From an uncultured Acidobacteriota bacterium (GTDB lineage Bacteria; Acidobacteriota; Vicinamibacteria; Vicinamibacterales; Fen-181), in contig CAVZMW010000006.1 in the NCBI GenBank assembly GCA_963776495.1, forward strand, positions 1,045,629-1,109,628: a stretch of DNA of 64,000 bases, written 5' to 3'. Position 1 is the stretch's first letter. Each line of letters starts with the position of its first letter. Shown here in pieces: positions 48,575 through 58,123 of this stretch. Position numbers and translations under genes: made by a program. Under the pieces are notes generated by a model, which was not told the DNA's origin, made no database searches, and worked only from the letters and a program-made list of their open reading frames with translations.

Positions 48575-49375
48575 ATGGACCGCCCGCTCCGGATCTACCT
48601 GTGGCTTGCGTTCGGGATCACGTGGGGCGCCGGCGGCCTGGCGCTGCTCGCCGGCGCCTTCCGGCCGGGTGTGGCGGGTCGGCCGCTGCACCCGCTCCAC
48701 TACGTCGCCGCTTTCGGCCCCTCCATCGCCGGCGTCATCATGGCGGCGGTCACCCGGGGCTGGGCTGGCGTCCGGCACCTCGTCGCCCGCGTCATTCCGA
48801 CCTGGGCCGGCGTGCCGTGGTACGTCGTCGTGCTCGCAGGGTTTCCAGCCGCGAACTTCGTGGCCACTTGGCTCTTCGGATCGGACGCCCTCACGAGACT
48901 TCCATCGTGGGATCGGCTCCTCTGGCTCCTGCCACTCACCTTCGTCGCCGACACGGGGCCGCTTGGAGAAGAGTTCGGATGGCGGGGATTCGCTCTGCCG
49001 CGGTTGCTCAATCGCTGGCGCCCGCTGAACGCTGCGTTGATCCTTGGCGCCATCTGGTTCGCCTGGCACTTGCCCACGTTCTTCATCTCGACGCTGTCGC
49101 AGAGCCAGCTTTCGATCCCGCTCTTCTTCGTGAACAGCTTGGCGCTCAGCATCGTGATGACCTGGCTGTACCTTCGAACCATGGGTGACCTGTTCGCCAT
49201 GATCCTGGTTCACACCATGGCGAACTACTGCGGCGGCATCGGGATCCCGTTCATCGCCGAAGTGAGCGCGGAAGCGGCGCTGGCGGCACTGATCGTGGCG
49301 TGCGGGGGGCTGCGGCCGCCGAACAAGCGTTTGCAGCCGACGGCGGCTGGTGCAATCATGAGCCGCCGCGGCTGA
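48575..49375 (+). CDS. CPBP-family intramembrane glutamic endopeptidase (CAAX/Abi-type)
   Basis: 266 aa polytopic protein with motifs EEFGWRGF, FAWHL and HTMAN. The last ~19 codons read into attC 3. Confidence 0.75.
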   Translation: MDRPLRIYLWLAFGITWGAGGLALLAGAFRPGVAGRPLHPLHYVAAFGPSIAGVIMAAVTRGWAGVRHLVARVIPTWAGVPWYVVVLAGFPAANFVATWLFGSDALTRLPSWDRLLWLLPLTFVADTGPLGEEFGWRGFALPRLLNRWRPLNAALILGAIWFAWHLPTFFISTLSQSQLSIPLFFVNSLALSIVMTWLYLRTMGDLFAMILVHTMANYCGGIGIPFIAEVSAEAALAALIVACGGLRPPNKRLQPTAAGAIMSRRG

Positions 49376-49390
49376 AACGGCACGTTAGAC
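49318..49390 (+). other. attC site 3 (73 bp)
   Basis: R'' gccgaac, central ttgcagccgacggcgg, R' gttagac. Confidence 0.75.
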
Positions 49391-49412
49391 AGACGAAGAA
49401 GAGACACTTTCC

Positions 49413-49853
49413 GTGGAATGGCACCTTCGATCGGCCTCAGCGTCGGATCGCGATTTCCTGTACGCGCTTCATGGCACGACCATGCGCGAGGTTATCGAGA
49501 AGACATGGGGCTGGGACGAGGCGTGGCAACGAACAGACTTCGAGAGGCGCCTTGCTGCATACATGGTATCGATCATCGAAACCAAAAATCGCGCTGCGGG
49601 AAGCCTTTGGCTTGAATGGAAACCAGACTCCTTGTACATCCACGAGATCCAGATCCTACCGGAATTCCAGGGCAAGGGCCTCGGCACGGCAGTCGTCAAA
49701 GGCGTTCTCGAGCAAGGCGCTCGGCGCACGCTTCCTGTCACGCTCTCGGTCGTTCCAGCCAATTCCGGCGCCAAGCGTCTCTACGAGCGACTTGGGTTCG
49801 AGGTAACAAGCGTTGAACCGCCATTCATTCGCATGCGACACCAAGCCCTATAA
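49413..49853 (+). CDS. GNAT-family N-acetyltransferase
   Basis: 146 aa with acetyl-CoA motif Q.KGLG (EFQGKGLGTAVV) and RLYERLGF. Confidence 0.8.
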   Translation: MEWHLRSASASDRDFLYALHGTTMREVIEKTWGWDEAWQRTDFERRLAAYMVSIIETKNRAAGSLWLEWKPDSLYIHEIQILPEFQGKGLGTAVVKGVLEQGARRTLPVTLSVVPANSGAKRLYERLGFEVTSVEPPFIRMRHQAL

Positions 49854-49862
49854 GAAGGTGCT

Positions 49863-49946
49863 GTCTAACCTCGGCTTGGAGTCGTCGCGCCCAGGGTCCT
49901 GTGCGATCATGTCGCCGAAGCGCGCGGCTCAAGCCGGACGTTAGAC
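49863..49946 (+). other. attC site 4 (84 bp)
   Basis: R'' gtctaac and R' gttagac are perfectly complementary. Confidence 0.8.
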
Positions 49947-49972
49947 CGCTGAACCGGCATTGAGATTCGTCG

Positions 49973-50335
49973 ATGGACAATCTGGAAGCAATCGAGATCT
50001 TGGAGCGGGAGTTGGATCTGCTCCGACGGGAGTCGTACGCGGAGTTGACGGGTCGGATCGATCTCCCACCGGTTGTGTGTGACCGCCCCGGGACCGGCGG
50101 CCGGAAGTATCAACTGGAGATTCAGTTCTTCTGGGACGGGAATCGTGGTGGTCACGTTCGGGTGATGGGCTCGATTGACGATGGCGGCTGGCGCGCGTTC
50201 GTTCCAATCACGAGGAGCTTCATCAAGGCGGCCGATGGCTCATTCGTTGGTGAGCAGCACGACTCGAGGCACGACACGCGGTCTAACACGCGGCTGCACC
50301 CGACGGGCGGCAACAACGTGAGCGGCCGCGGGTGA
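49973..50335 (+). CDS. Hypothetical cassette protein
   Basis: 120 aa with no recognised family. The last ~18 codons lie inside attC 5. Confidence 0.5.
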   Translation: MDNLEAIEILERELDLLRRESYAELTGRIDLPPVVCDRPGTGGRKYQLEIQFFWDGNRGGHVRVMGSIDDGGWRAFVPITRSFIKAADGSFVGEQHDSRHDTRSNTRLHPTGGNNVSGRG

Positions 50336-50350
50336 GCCGCAACGTTAGCC
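50281..50350 (+). other. attC site 5 (70 bp)
   Basis: R'' gtctaac, central ctgcacccgacgggcgg, R' gttagcc. Confidence 0.8.
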
Positions 50351-50403
50351 AGCGGAGTGACAGCCTTGCCCGATGCGAGCATCGTGATTACAATGTAGTC
50401 ACT

Positions 50404-50661
50404 ATGGCTACGACAGCACGAATCGTCCGGATCGGGAACTCCCGCGGTATTCGCGTTCCTAAGGCGTTGCTCGAGCAGGCGCAACTGCCCGAAGAGGTGG
50501 AATTGCAGGCCGAGCCGGGGCGGCTGATTGTGCGCGCTGCTCGCCGCACGCGGGCTGGCTGGACGGCGGCCGCAGCGCAGATGCACGCGCGCGGCGATGA
50601 TTCGCCGCTCGACCCCGCAGGCGGGAATCGTTTTGACACAGAGGACTGGGAATGGCGATAG
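50404..50661 (+). CDS. mazE: MazE/AbrB-SpoVT-type antitoxin
   Basis: ATG 50404. IVRIGNSRGIRVPKALLEQAQL is a swapped-hairpin AbrB-type motif. Confidence 0.8.
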   Translation: MATTARIVRIGNSRGIRVPKALLEQAQLPEEVELQAEPGRLIVRAARRTRAGWTAAAAQMHARGDDSPLDPAGGNRFDTEDWEWR

Positions 50662-50990
50662 CGCGCTCCCTGTTCGCGCGCGGCGCAGTCCACCTGGTTG
50701 CCCTCGATCCGACCAAGGGCAGCGAGATCCGCAAGACCAGACCCTGCCTCATCGTGTCCCCGAACGAACTGAACCAGCACCTCCGCACCGTCATCGTCGC
50801 CCCGATGACGACGGGGGGCCATGCGTACCCATGGCGGGTGCCGTGCCGCTTCCAGCGTCGCGCCGGTTATGTGGCGGTCGATCAGCTTCGTACGGTCGAT
50901 ACCGAGCGTCTCGTGAAGCGCCTGGGGAATCTCGATCCAGAAACCGTGAACGAAGTCTTACGTGTTCTGCAGGAGATGTTCGCGGAGTGA
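50652..50990 (+). CDS. mazF: MazF/PemK-family endoribonuclease toxin
   Basis: VHLVALDPTKGSEIRKTRPCLIVSPNELN...VIVAPMTT. Overlaps the antitoxin by 10 nt. Confidence 0.85.
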   Translation: MAIARSLFARGAVHLVALDPTKGSEIRKTRPCLIVSPNELNQHLRTVIVAPMTTGGHAYPWRVPCRFQRRAGYVAVDQLRTVDTERLVKRLGNLDPETVNEVLRVLQEMFAE

Positions 50991-51000
50991 ATCCGACGCA

Positions 51001-51073
51001 GGCTAACACCGCGCTGCACCCGACCGGCGCAGGCGCTGTGGGGAGCGCCGGCGGGTGAGCGCGATCGTTAGAC
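51001..51073 (+). other. attC site 6 (73 bp)
   Basis: R'' ggctaac, central ctgcacccgaccggcgc, R' gttagac. Confidence 0.8.
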
Positions 51074-51080
51074 GCACACG

Positions 51081-51551
51081 ATGGAAGACGAGATCACTCC
51101 GATCCGAAAAGCGGAATCCCTCATGGAGGCTGGCGGCCCGGTCGACGAGTGTCGCGCGACGCTGGCGATCTACGGTGCTGACCTGAGTCCCGATGCTGTG
51201 TCCGGCATACTTGGCTGTTCGCCTTCCCACGCGCACAGGCAGGGTGATCGCAAGAGCCCCACGTCGCCGCCATTTGAGACTGGGGCCTGGCTGCTGACGG
51301 TAGAGACAAAGTCTCCGAAGGGACCGCAGGAGGCAATCTCGGCGCTTCTTGCTCGGTTCCCAGCAACTTCCGAGTTGTGGCAGCCGATTGTCGCCAAGTT
51401 TCGCGTTTCCATTCGGGTTGGAATCCACACCGCTGGCTGGAATCGTGGTTTCGGGCTTTCCCCGGAGCTCCTGAACGCGGTCGGGGGAATTGGAGCTGGA
51501 ATTGACTTCGACTTGTACTTCTATGCTGATGAAACCGACGGTGGCGTCTAA
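51081..51551 (+). CDS. DUF4279-like cassette protein
   Basis: 156 aa. ATLAIYGADLSPDAVSGILGCSPSHAHRQGD fits the DUF4279 N-terminal pattern (L.I.G..L.PD.....LG..P......G) from memory. Confidence 0.5.
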   Translation: MEDEITPIRKAESLMEAGGPVDECRATLAIYGADLSPDAVSGILGCSPSHAHRQGDRKSPTSPPFETGAWLLTVETKSPKGPQEAISALLARFPATSELWQPIVAKFRVSIRVGIHTAGWNRGFGLSPELLNAVGGIGAGIDFDLYFYADETDGGV

Positions 51552-51616
51552 CATGCCGTTGAAGCGGATGGTCGGCCGCAGACGGCCGTCCACCGCTTAA
51601 CGGCAAGGCGTTGGGC
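51546..51616 (+). other. attC site 7 (71 bp)
   Basis: R'' gtctaac, R' gttgggc, inner arms gaagcggatgg / ccaccgcttaac. Confidence 0.75.
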
Positions 51617-51623
51617 GTACACC

Positions 51624-52037
51624 ATGTCATGCGTTATTCGAATAGGCGGAATAGACCTCGACCCGGATGCCTTGCTCGAAGCCTCCGGTCTCTCCGCGTA
51701 TCGAGTCGACCGGAAAGGTGAAATAGACCGGATCAAGAGCCGTGGGCCGATGACCAAGTCGTCCGTCCACGTCGACGTGAGTTCCGCTGGCTTCGACAAG
51801 CTTGGGAACCAGATCAAGGACGCCATGGATTTTCTAGGTGCGAATCGATCCCAGTTGCAGAGCGCGATGGCGTTTCCCGGAGTGGAATGGGCGACGCTTG
51901 ACTTCGCAGTTGAACACGCTGACGTGGCCATCGACTGCAAGTACTTCAACCCTGACTTCCTAGCCGCCGCTGGCAACCTAGGATTGGGCATCGAGATCTC
52001 GATCTATCCGCAGCCAGTGCCACCGGGGGAGAGGTGA
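51624..52037 (+). CDS. Second DUF4279-like cassette protein
   Basis: 137 aa. CVIRIGGIDLDPDALLEASGLSAYRVDRKGE follows the same pattern as the preceding cassette protein. Confidence 0.45.
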   Translation: MSCVIRIGGIDLDPDALLEASGLSAYRVDRKGEIDRIKSRGPMTKSSVHVDVSSAGFDKLGNQIKDAMDFLGANRSQLQSAMAFPGVEWATLDFAVEHADVAIDCKYFNPDFLAAAGNLGLGIEISIYPQPVPPGER

Positions 52038-52038
52038 C

Positions 52039-52101
52039 GCCGAACAAGGCGTTGCAGCGGACGGCGCTTGCGCGCCCCCGCTGAACGCCATACCGTTGGG
52101 C
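52039..52101 (+). other. attC site 8 (63 bp)
   Basis: R'' gccgaac, central ttgcagcggacggcgc, R' gttgggc. Confidence 0.75.
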
Positions 52102-52109
52102 GGACACAA

Positions 52110-52412
52110 CTAGCGCCGACGCCTCCAGTAACCCGGACGCCGCTTGGTATGCGCCACGGCGACGACAATGATCTCGGCCGGCGCTGATCGGTAGACGATC
52201 TGGTAGGGGAAGCGAGGCAACAACAGGCGACGGGTCCGACGGTCGGCCGAAAGCGGAGTCCCCATCTCGGCGGTCGTGGGCAGGCTCTCAATGGACTCCA
52301 CGACGGCTTCGAACAACTCGCGCCCCAATCCCCGACGCCGAGCCTCGTACCATTCGACCGCCTCGGCAAGTTCCTCCGAGGCGTCTGCGTGAATACGAAG
52401 CGTTCGTGTCAC
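52110..52412 (-). CDS. RelE/ParE-family toxin (cassette in inverted orientation)
   Basis: GTG 52412. LRIHADASEELAEAVEWYE...FPYQIVYR...IIVVAVAHTKRRPGYW is typical of the family. Confidence 0.8.
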   Translation of the reverse strand: MTRTLRIHADASEELAEAVEWYEARRRGLGRELFEAVVESIESLPTTAEMGTPLSADRRTRRLLLPRFPYQIVYRSAPAEIIVVAVAHTKRRPGYWRRRR

Positions 52413-52645
52413 TGGCGGCCGAGGCCTCGCTCGACCCGTCGTTTGACCTCTTCCCAAGGCTCGAGTTGGGCAGTGCCTTCCTCGATTTCGGCAACCCGAC
52501 GTTCAATCTCCTGCGCCCACGCAGCTTCCGCGCCGGGATCGCCGGGGCCGTCAAGGCTCGCCAGGAGTTCTGCCGCCAGCTCGGCGCGGGCATCGACCTC
52601 GAGCTTGAGGGCCTCTGCCAGCACGGCCTGTGCTGCTCTGGTCAT
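52409..52645 (-). CDS. Addiction-module antitoxin component
   Basis: 78 aa. L.VDARAELAAELLASLD...AWAQEIERRVAEIEEG pattern. Overlaps the toxin start by 4 nt (GTGA). Confidence 0.75.
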   Translation of the reverse strand: MTRAAQAVLAEALKLEVDARAELAAELLASLDGPGDPGAEAAWAQEIERRVAEIEEGTAQLEPWEEVKRRVERGLGRQ

Positions 52646-52671
52646 GGGACGATTCTACGCTGCAAGTAGCC

Positions 52672-52747
52672 TCCCAACCAACGGCTGCGCCCGACGGCCG
52701 CCGGATTCTGACGCCGCGCGGCCGCGGCTGAACCGCATTCGTTCGCG
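52672..52747 (+). other. attC site 9 (76 bp)
   Basis: R''-like tcccaac, central ctgcgcccgacggccgc, R'-like gttcgcg. More degenerate than the other sites. Confidence 0.6.
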
Positions 52748-52785
52748 CGCATGACCGAGACCCGCCTCACGAGAGGAGTGCGTCC

Positions 52786-53456
52786 ATGAGGAAACTCATC
52801 GTATCGACGTTCGCGTCGCTTGACGGAATCATGCAAGCACCCGGCGGACCGGAAGAAGACCCCACTGGCGGGTTTGCCCTTGGCGGGTGGATGTTCGGCT
52901 ACGCGGACGAGAGCATGGACATCTCCGCATCGGGTTTCGACGGCAAGGACCGCGAATTGGTGCTCGGGCGCCGGACCTATCAGATATTCGAGGCGTACTG
53001 GCCCTATCAGCCGGACGACCACCCGATCGCGAAGACGCTGAATGCCGCGAAGAAGTATGTGGCGTCGCGCACGTTGACGATGCTCCATTGGAACAACTCG
53101 ACCCTGCTCCACGGCGATGTCGTCTCGGCAATCAACGCTCTCAAGGGCCAACCGGGCCCCGACCTGCAACTGATTGGCAGCGGCGATCTGATTCACACAC
53201 GCTTCAGGCCGCCTCGCTGATCGACGAGTACAACGTGTGGACGTTTCCAGTGGTACTCGGGCGGGGCAAGCGCCTCTTCAGCGAAACTGCCAGGCCATCG
53301 GCGCTGCGACTCGTTCGCTCTCAGGTGTCGCCCACCGGCGTGGTGATGAGTACCCATGTACCAGGCGGCGATATCCAGCCCGGTTCGTTTGCGAGTGCCG
53401 AGCCGAGCGAGAGGGAGTTGGCCCGACGCAAGCAGATGGCGGATGAGCTGTGGTGA
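52786..53456 (+). pseudogene. Dihydrofolate-reductase-family (RibD C-terminal-like) cassette gene with apparent frameshift
   Basis: The N-terminal part MRKLIVSTFASLDGIMQAPGG...GSGDLIH is in one frame. The remainder TLQAASLIDEYNVWTFPVVLGRGKRLF... is in the frame of track ORF 52887..53456. The junction is at the (CA)3 tract at 53194-53200. Confidence 0.75.
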
Positions 53457-53469
53457 TGTGAAGAGGACA

Positions 53470-53540
53470 GTGCGCGCGGACGCGCTGCACCCGACCGGCG
53501 CACGTGTCATCGTGAGCGGCGGCGGGAATGAGCGCCGCCC
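53470..53540 (+). other. Degenerate terminal attC-like remnant
   Basis: Contains the conserved attC centre gcgctgcacccgaccggcgc and a partly complementary ggcgggaatgagcgcc. No recognisable RYYYAAC/GTTRRRY cores. Abuts the stop of the next chromosomal gene. Confidence 0.45.
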
Positions 53541-53541
53541 T

Positions 53542-55530
53542 TCACTTCACCAGGGGCAACTCCACGAAGCTCGCCTCGCCAGGCGCGTGGTAGATGCGCT
53601 GGACCGCCTTCTTGTAGTCCCCCGGCTTCGCCCAGAAGATGTTCGGGACGAACGTCTGCGGATTCCTGTCGTAGAGCGGGAACCAGCTCGACTGCACCTG
53701 CACCATGATGCGATGGCCGGGCAGGAAGACGTGGTTGACGTTCGGGAGGGCGAACGTGTAGTTCAGCGGCACGTCGGGCGTGATCGCCTTCGGCGTCTCG
53801 AAACTCTCGCGGTACCGGCCGCGGAAGATGTCCATCGCGACGGCCAGCTGATACCCGCCCATCGCCGGCTGCATCGGCACCTCGTCCGGGTACACGTCGA
53901 TGAGCTTCACCACCCAGTCCGAGTCGGTGCCGGTCGTCGAGGCGACCAGGTTGACGACCGGCTCGCCGCTCAGCTTCACCGGCGCCGTCAGCGTGTCCGA
54001 GACGAACGTCAGCACGTCGGTGCGGCCCGACGCCTCGCGCTGGTCCGTCGTGAGCCATTCCGACCACCGCGGGCCGCTCGACGGCCGGTTGGGCCGCGGC
54101 GTGTAGGGCACCGGCTTCGACGGGTCGGAGACGTACTCGTCGAACGGGGAGTCGCCCGCCTTCGGCGCGGTGAAGCCGGCCGTCAGGCCGGCGCCCAGAT
54201 AGAGCGGCGTCGGCACGATGGAGCACCCGGCGGCGCACCCCGCCGGCCACGCGGTGAGCCTGCGCCAGGTATTGGTGCCCGTCTCGAACGCCGTCACCGG
54301 CGCGACGTCGGCCTTCGGCGCGCCGTCCTTCAGGTACTGCGCCAGGAACGGCGCCAGGATGTCGCGCCGGAACTGCAGCGCCGTGTCCGCGTCGAACTTG
54401 ACCGGGCCGAGCGCGCTGCCGTCGTGGATCTCCTGCCCGTGATACCAGGGACCGAGCACGAGGAACACCTTGTCGTTCGCCGTGTCCTTCGGCTCGATCG
54501 CCTTGTAGACGGCGGGCGCGCCGTACATGTCCTCCTGGTCCCAGAGCCCGGCGACCAGCATCACCGGTACGCTCAGCGGCTGCGCGGCCAGCACCTTGTC
54601 CATCGCCTGCTGCTGCCAGAAGGCGTCGTAGGCGGGGTGCTCCGTCAGCTTGCGCCAGAAGCCAAGCTGCTCCATCCCGTGCTGGCGCCCGAGTTCGCCG
54701 GCCGAGCCGGCCTTCAGGTACTCGTCGTAGTCGTCGTAACAGGACGACCACCACTGCGCCGACGAATCCCGTGTCGCTTCCTGACCGTAGATGTAGGGGA
54801 GATTCTGCTGCCGGAATGCGCCGTTGTGGAACCAGTCGTCGCCGCGCCAGCCGTCCACCATCGGGTTCATCGGGACCGACACCTTGAGCGCCGGGTGCGG
54901 GTTGACGAGCGCCATCAGCGGCAGGAACCCGTCGTACGAGATGCCGAGAATCCCGACCTTGCCGTTGGTCTCCGGGACGTTCTTCACCAGCCAGTCGATG
55001 GTGTCGTAGGTGTCGGTGGCGTGATCGACGGCGGTCGGGTTGAGCGGGCCACGCAGGGGGCGGTTCATCACGTAGTCGCCCTCGGAGCCGTACTTGCCGC
55101 GCACGTCCTGCACGACGCGGATGTAGCCGCCGTCCACGATGACGTCCACGGCGTTGTCGTAGCCGTCGAGCACCGGGCCGAGGTGCGAGCTATTGGCGTG
55201 GCTCGTCAGGGCGGTCGCGTTGTATGGCGTGCGGGTGAGCAGGATGGGCGCATGCGCCGCGCCCCGGGGCACGAGGATCACGGTGTGCAGCCGCACGCCG
55301 TCGCGCATCGGGACCATGACCTCGCGACGGACGTAGTCGAACGAGGTCGTGACCGGGGCGAACTTCGCCGGCGTCTCGCTCCCGAGCGCGGCCGGCGAGG
55401 CGGGGCGCTGCGGTTGAGCCTGCGCCCGCAGGTCGGGCGCGGCGGTCGCCAGGAGCACGGTTGTCGCTCCGGCAAGAACGACGCCCCCAAGCCGCCAGAA
55501 TCCCTGCCCCCGCCGTTCCTGCGTCGTCAT
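53542..55530 (-). CDS. CocE/NonD-family hydrolase (X-Pro dipeptidyl-peptidase S15-like)
   Basis: 662 aa with signal peptide, GISYDG nucleophile motif and the C-terminal beta-sandwich domain pattern. Confidence 0.85.
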   Translation of the reverse strand: MTTQERRGQGFWRLGGVVLAGATTVLLATAAPDLRAQAQPQRPASPAALGSETPAKFAPVTTSFDYVRREVMVPMRDGVRLHTVILVPRGAAHAPILLTRTPYNATALTSHANSSHLGPVLDGYDNAVDVIVDGGYIRVVQDVRGKYGSEGDYVMNRPLRGPLNPTAVDHATDTYDTIDWLVKNVPETNGKVGILGISYDGFLPLMALVNPHPALKVSVPMNPMVDGWRGDDWFHNGAFRQQNLPYIYGQEATRDSSAQWWSSCYDDYDEYLKAGSAGELGRQHGMEQLGFWRKLTEHPAYDAFWQQQAMDKVLAAQPLSVPVMLVAGLWDQEDMYGAPAVYKAIEPKDTANDKVFLVLGPWYHGQEIHDGSALGPVKFDADTALQFRRDILAPFLAQYLKDGAPKADVAPVTAFETGTNTWRRLTAWPAGCAAGCSIVPTPLYLGAGLTAGFTAPKAGDSPFDEYVSDPSKPVPYTPRPNRPSSGPRWSEWLTTDQREASGRTDVLTFVSDTLTAPVKLSGEPVVNLVASTTGTDSDWVVKLIDVYPDEVPMQPAMGGYQLAVAMDIFRGRYRESFETPKAITPDVPLNYTFALPNVNHVFLPGHRIMVQVQSSWFPLYDRNPQTFVPNIFWAKPGDYKKAVQRIYHAPGEASFVELPLVK

Positions 55531-55604
55531 CGCATGTCCTCCCCGCCGCTCGGGGCCACGGGTTCCGGACTACAAGCGTCGGGCGGTACGACGTCTGACC
55601 TCGC

Positions 55605-55628
55605 GCCGGGGCTGAAGCCCCGGCCTAC
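55605..55628 (-). repeat. REP-like GTAG-headed hairpin, copy e (inverted)
   Basis: The reverse complement reads gtaggccggggcttcagccccggc. Confidence 0.55.
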
Positions 55629-55659
55629 GTACGAGGTGCAGCGTGACATGCGTGACACC

Positions 55660-55701
55660 GCCTGAAGCCTGAAGTCCGGAGCCTGGAGCCTGGAGCCGAG
55701 C
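55660..55701. repeat. Heptad repeat array, 6 units
   Basis: gcctgaa gcctgaa gtccgga gcctgga gcctgga gccgagc, ending 5 nt before the ahcY stop. Confidence 0.8.
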
Positions 55702-55706
55702 AATCG

Positions 55707-57118
<1,412 letters not shown>

Positions 57119-57122
<4 letters not shown>

Positions 57123-57856
57123 TCTGGTCTCCTTGGCTCGTAGATCGTCAATGCGTCACTCATGCCGGCCACCATTACCCGTCCGCACTCGGCGCCCGCG
57201 GCGCCTTCCGACAGCTCTTCGACCACGGGCCCCGTGATGCCGATCCCGCCACGACAGTGAGCCGCCACGAACGGCATCGTGAGGAACGCCGTGTTCACCG
57301 TCTGCCCGATGATGTCGGTGCGCGCGTACTCGGGATGGCCGGCGGATCCGAGGAAGATCTCGCCGCCGTGCAGCACGACAACCAGTTCGGGCACCTCGAA
57401 GAGCTGCTTGGCCTGCCGGGCCGCGTTCAGCGCGCGGTCGGCCTTCCCGGGCCCGGCGAAGAAGCCGAGAAAGCCGTCGCCCACGCACTTCACCGGCACC
57501 CCGTCGAACCGCAGCACCGCCTCGGTCACCGCGTAATGGATCGTATTCGACCAGGCCGCGAGGTCGGCAGGCGCCATCCGCGCCGCCCGCTCGGCGAACC
57601 CGTTCAGGCTGGTGCAGAGCACGACCGCGGGAAACGTCCCGGGCGCCTCCTGCCGTCCCGTGAGGATCCACTCCACGCTGACGCCCAGCAGGCGCGCCAG
57701 GTCCAGCAGCACCGCGATGTCGGGCGCGTTCTCGCCCCGTTCCCACTTCGACACGGCCTGAGACGTCAGGCGCAGCGCGCTCGCAATATCCGACTGGCGC
57801 AGCTGCCTGCGCTCGCGCTGCTGCTTGATCCGCTGGCCGAGCTTGCCGAGGTCCAT
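57119..57856 (-). CDS. XRE-family HTH regulator fused to a class III nucleotidyl-cyclase-like domain
   Basis: N-terminal HTH ([27 protein letters not shown]). C-terminal CHD-like motifs ([21 protein letters not shown]). The first metal-binding Asp position reads LCTSLNGF, so the Asp is absent. The stop overlaps the ahcY start by 4 nt. Confidence 0.6.
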
Positions 57857-58072
57857 GGAACGTCAAAGCGTACCGTGTTCGGAAGGGCAGCACAATGGCG
57901 CAGTGGTTGCGGCGGGTGACGAAGTGGTTGGCTGAAGTTGCCGCACCGCCCGGCGCCGACCCTGGCAACCAGTGCACGCCAGGCGAGTGATGGCGCGCCA
58001 TGCGAAGGCTCAGGGCGCCAGAAGCCATTGAAAACGAACCGGTTATCTTTGCGATAACTCCCCGTGTTCCGG

Positions 58073-58088
58073 TGGCAGCACGATTGCA
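58073..58088 (+). promoter_or_regulatory. Candidate sigma-54 (-24/-12) promoter of the pilin gene
   Basis: TGGCAG-cacga-TTGCA with consensus spacing, 36 nt upstream of ATG 58124. Confidence 0.55.
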
Positions 58089-58123
58089 AACCACCCCTCC
58101 CGTGAGGTCGGGGGGAGGCGACA

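Larger units (their letters stand above)
45328..53540. mobile_element. Chromosomal integron: intI, candidate attI, 10 cassettes
   Basis: Integron-type tyrosine recombinase divergent from an array of short, mostly + strand ORFs. The ORFs are separated by 63-84 bp imperfect palindromes with RYYYAAC...GTTRRRY ends. GC is visibly lower (about 57% in a sampled line, against about 73% in a backbone line). Confidence 0.9.
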
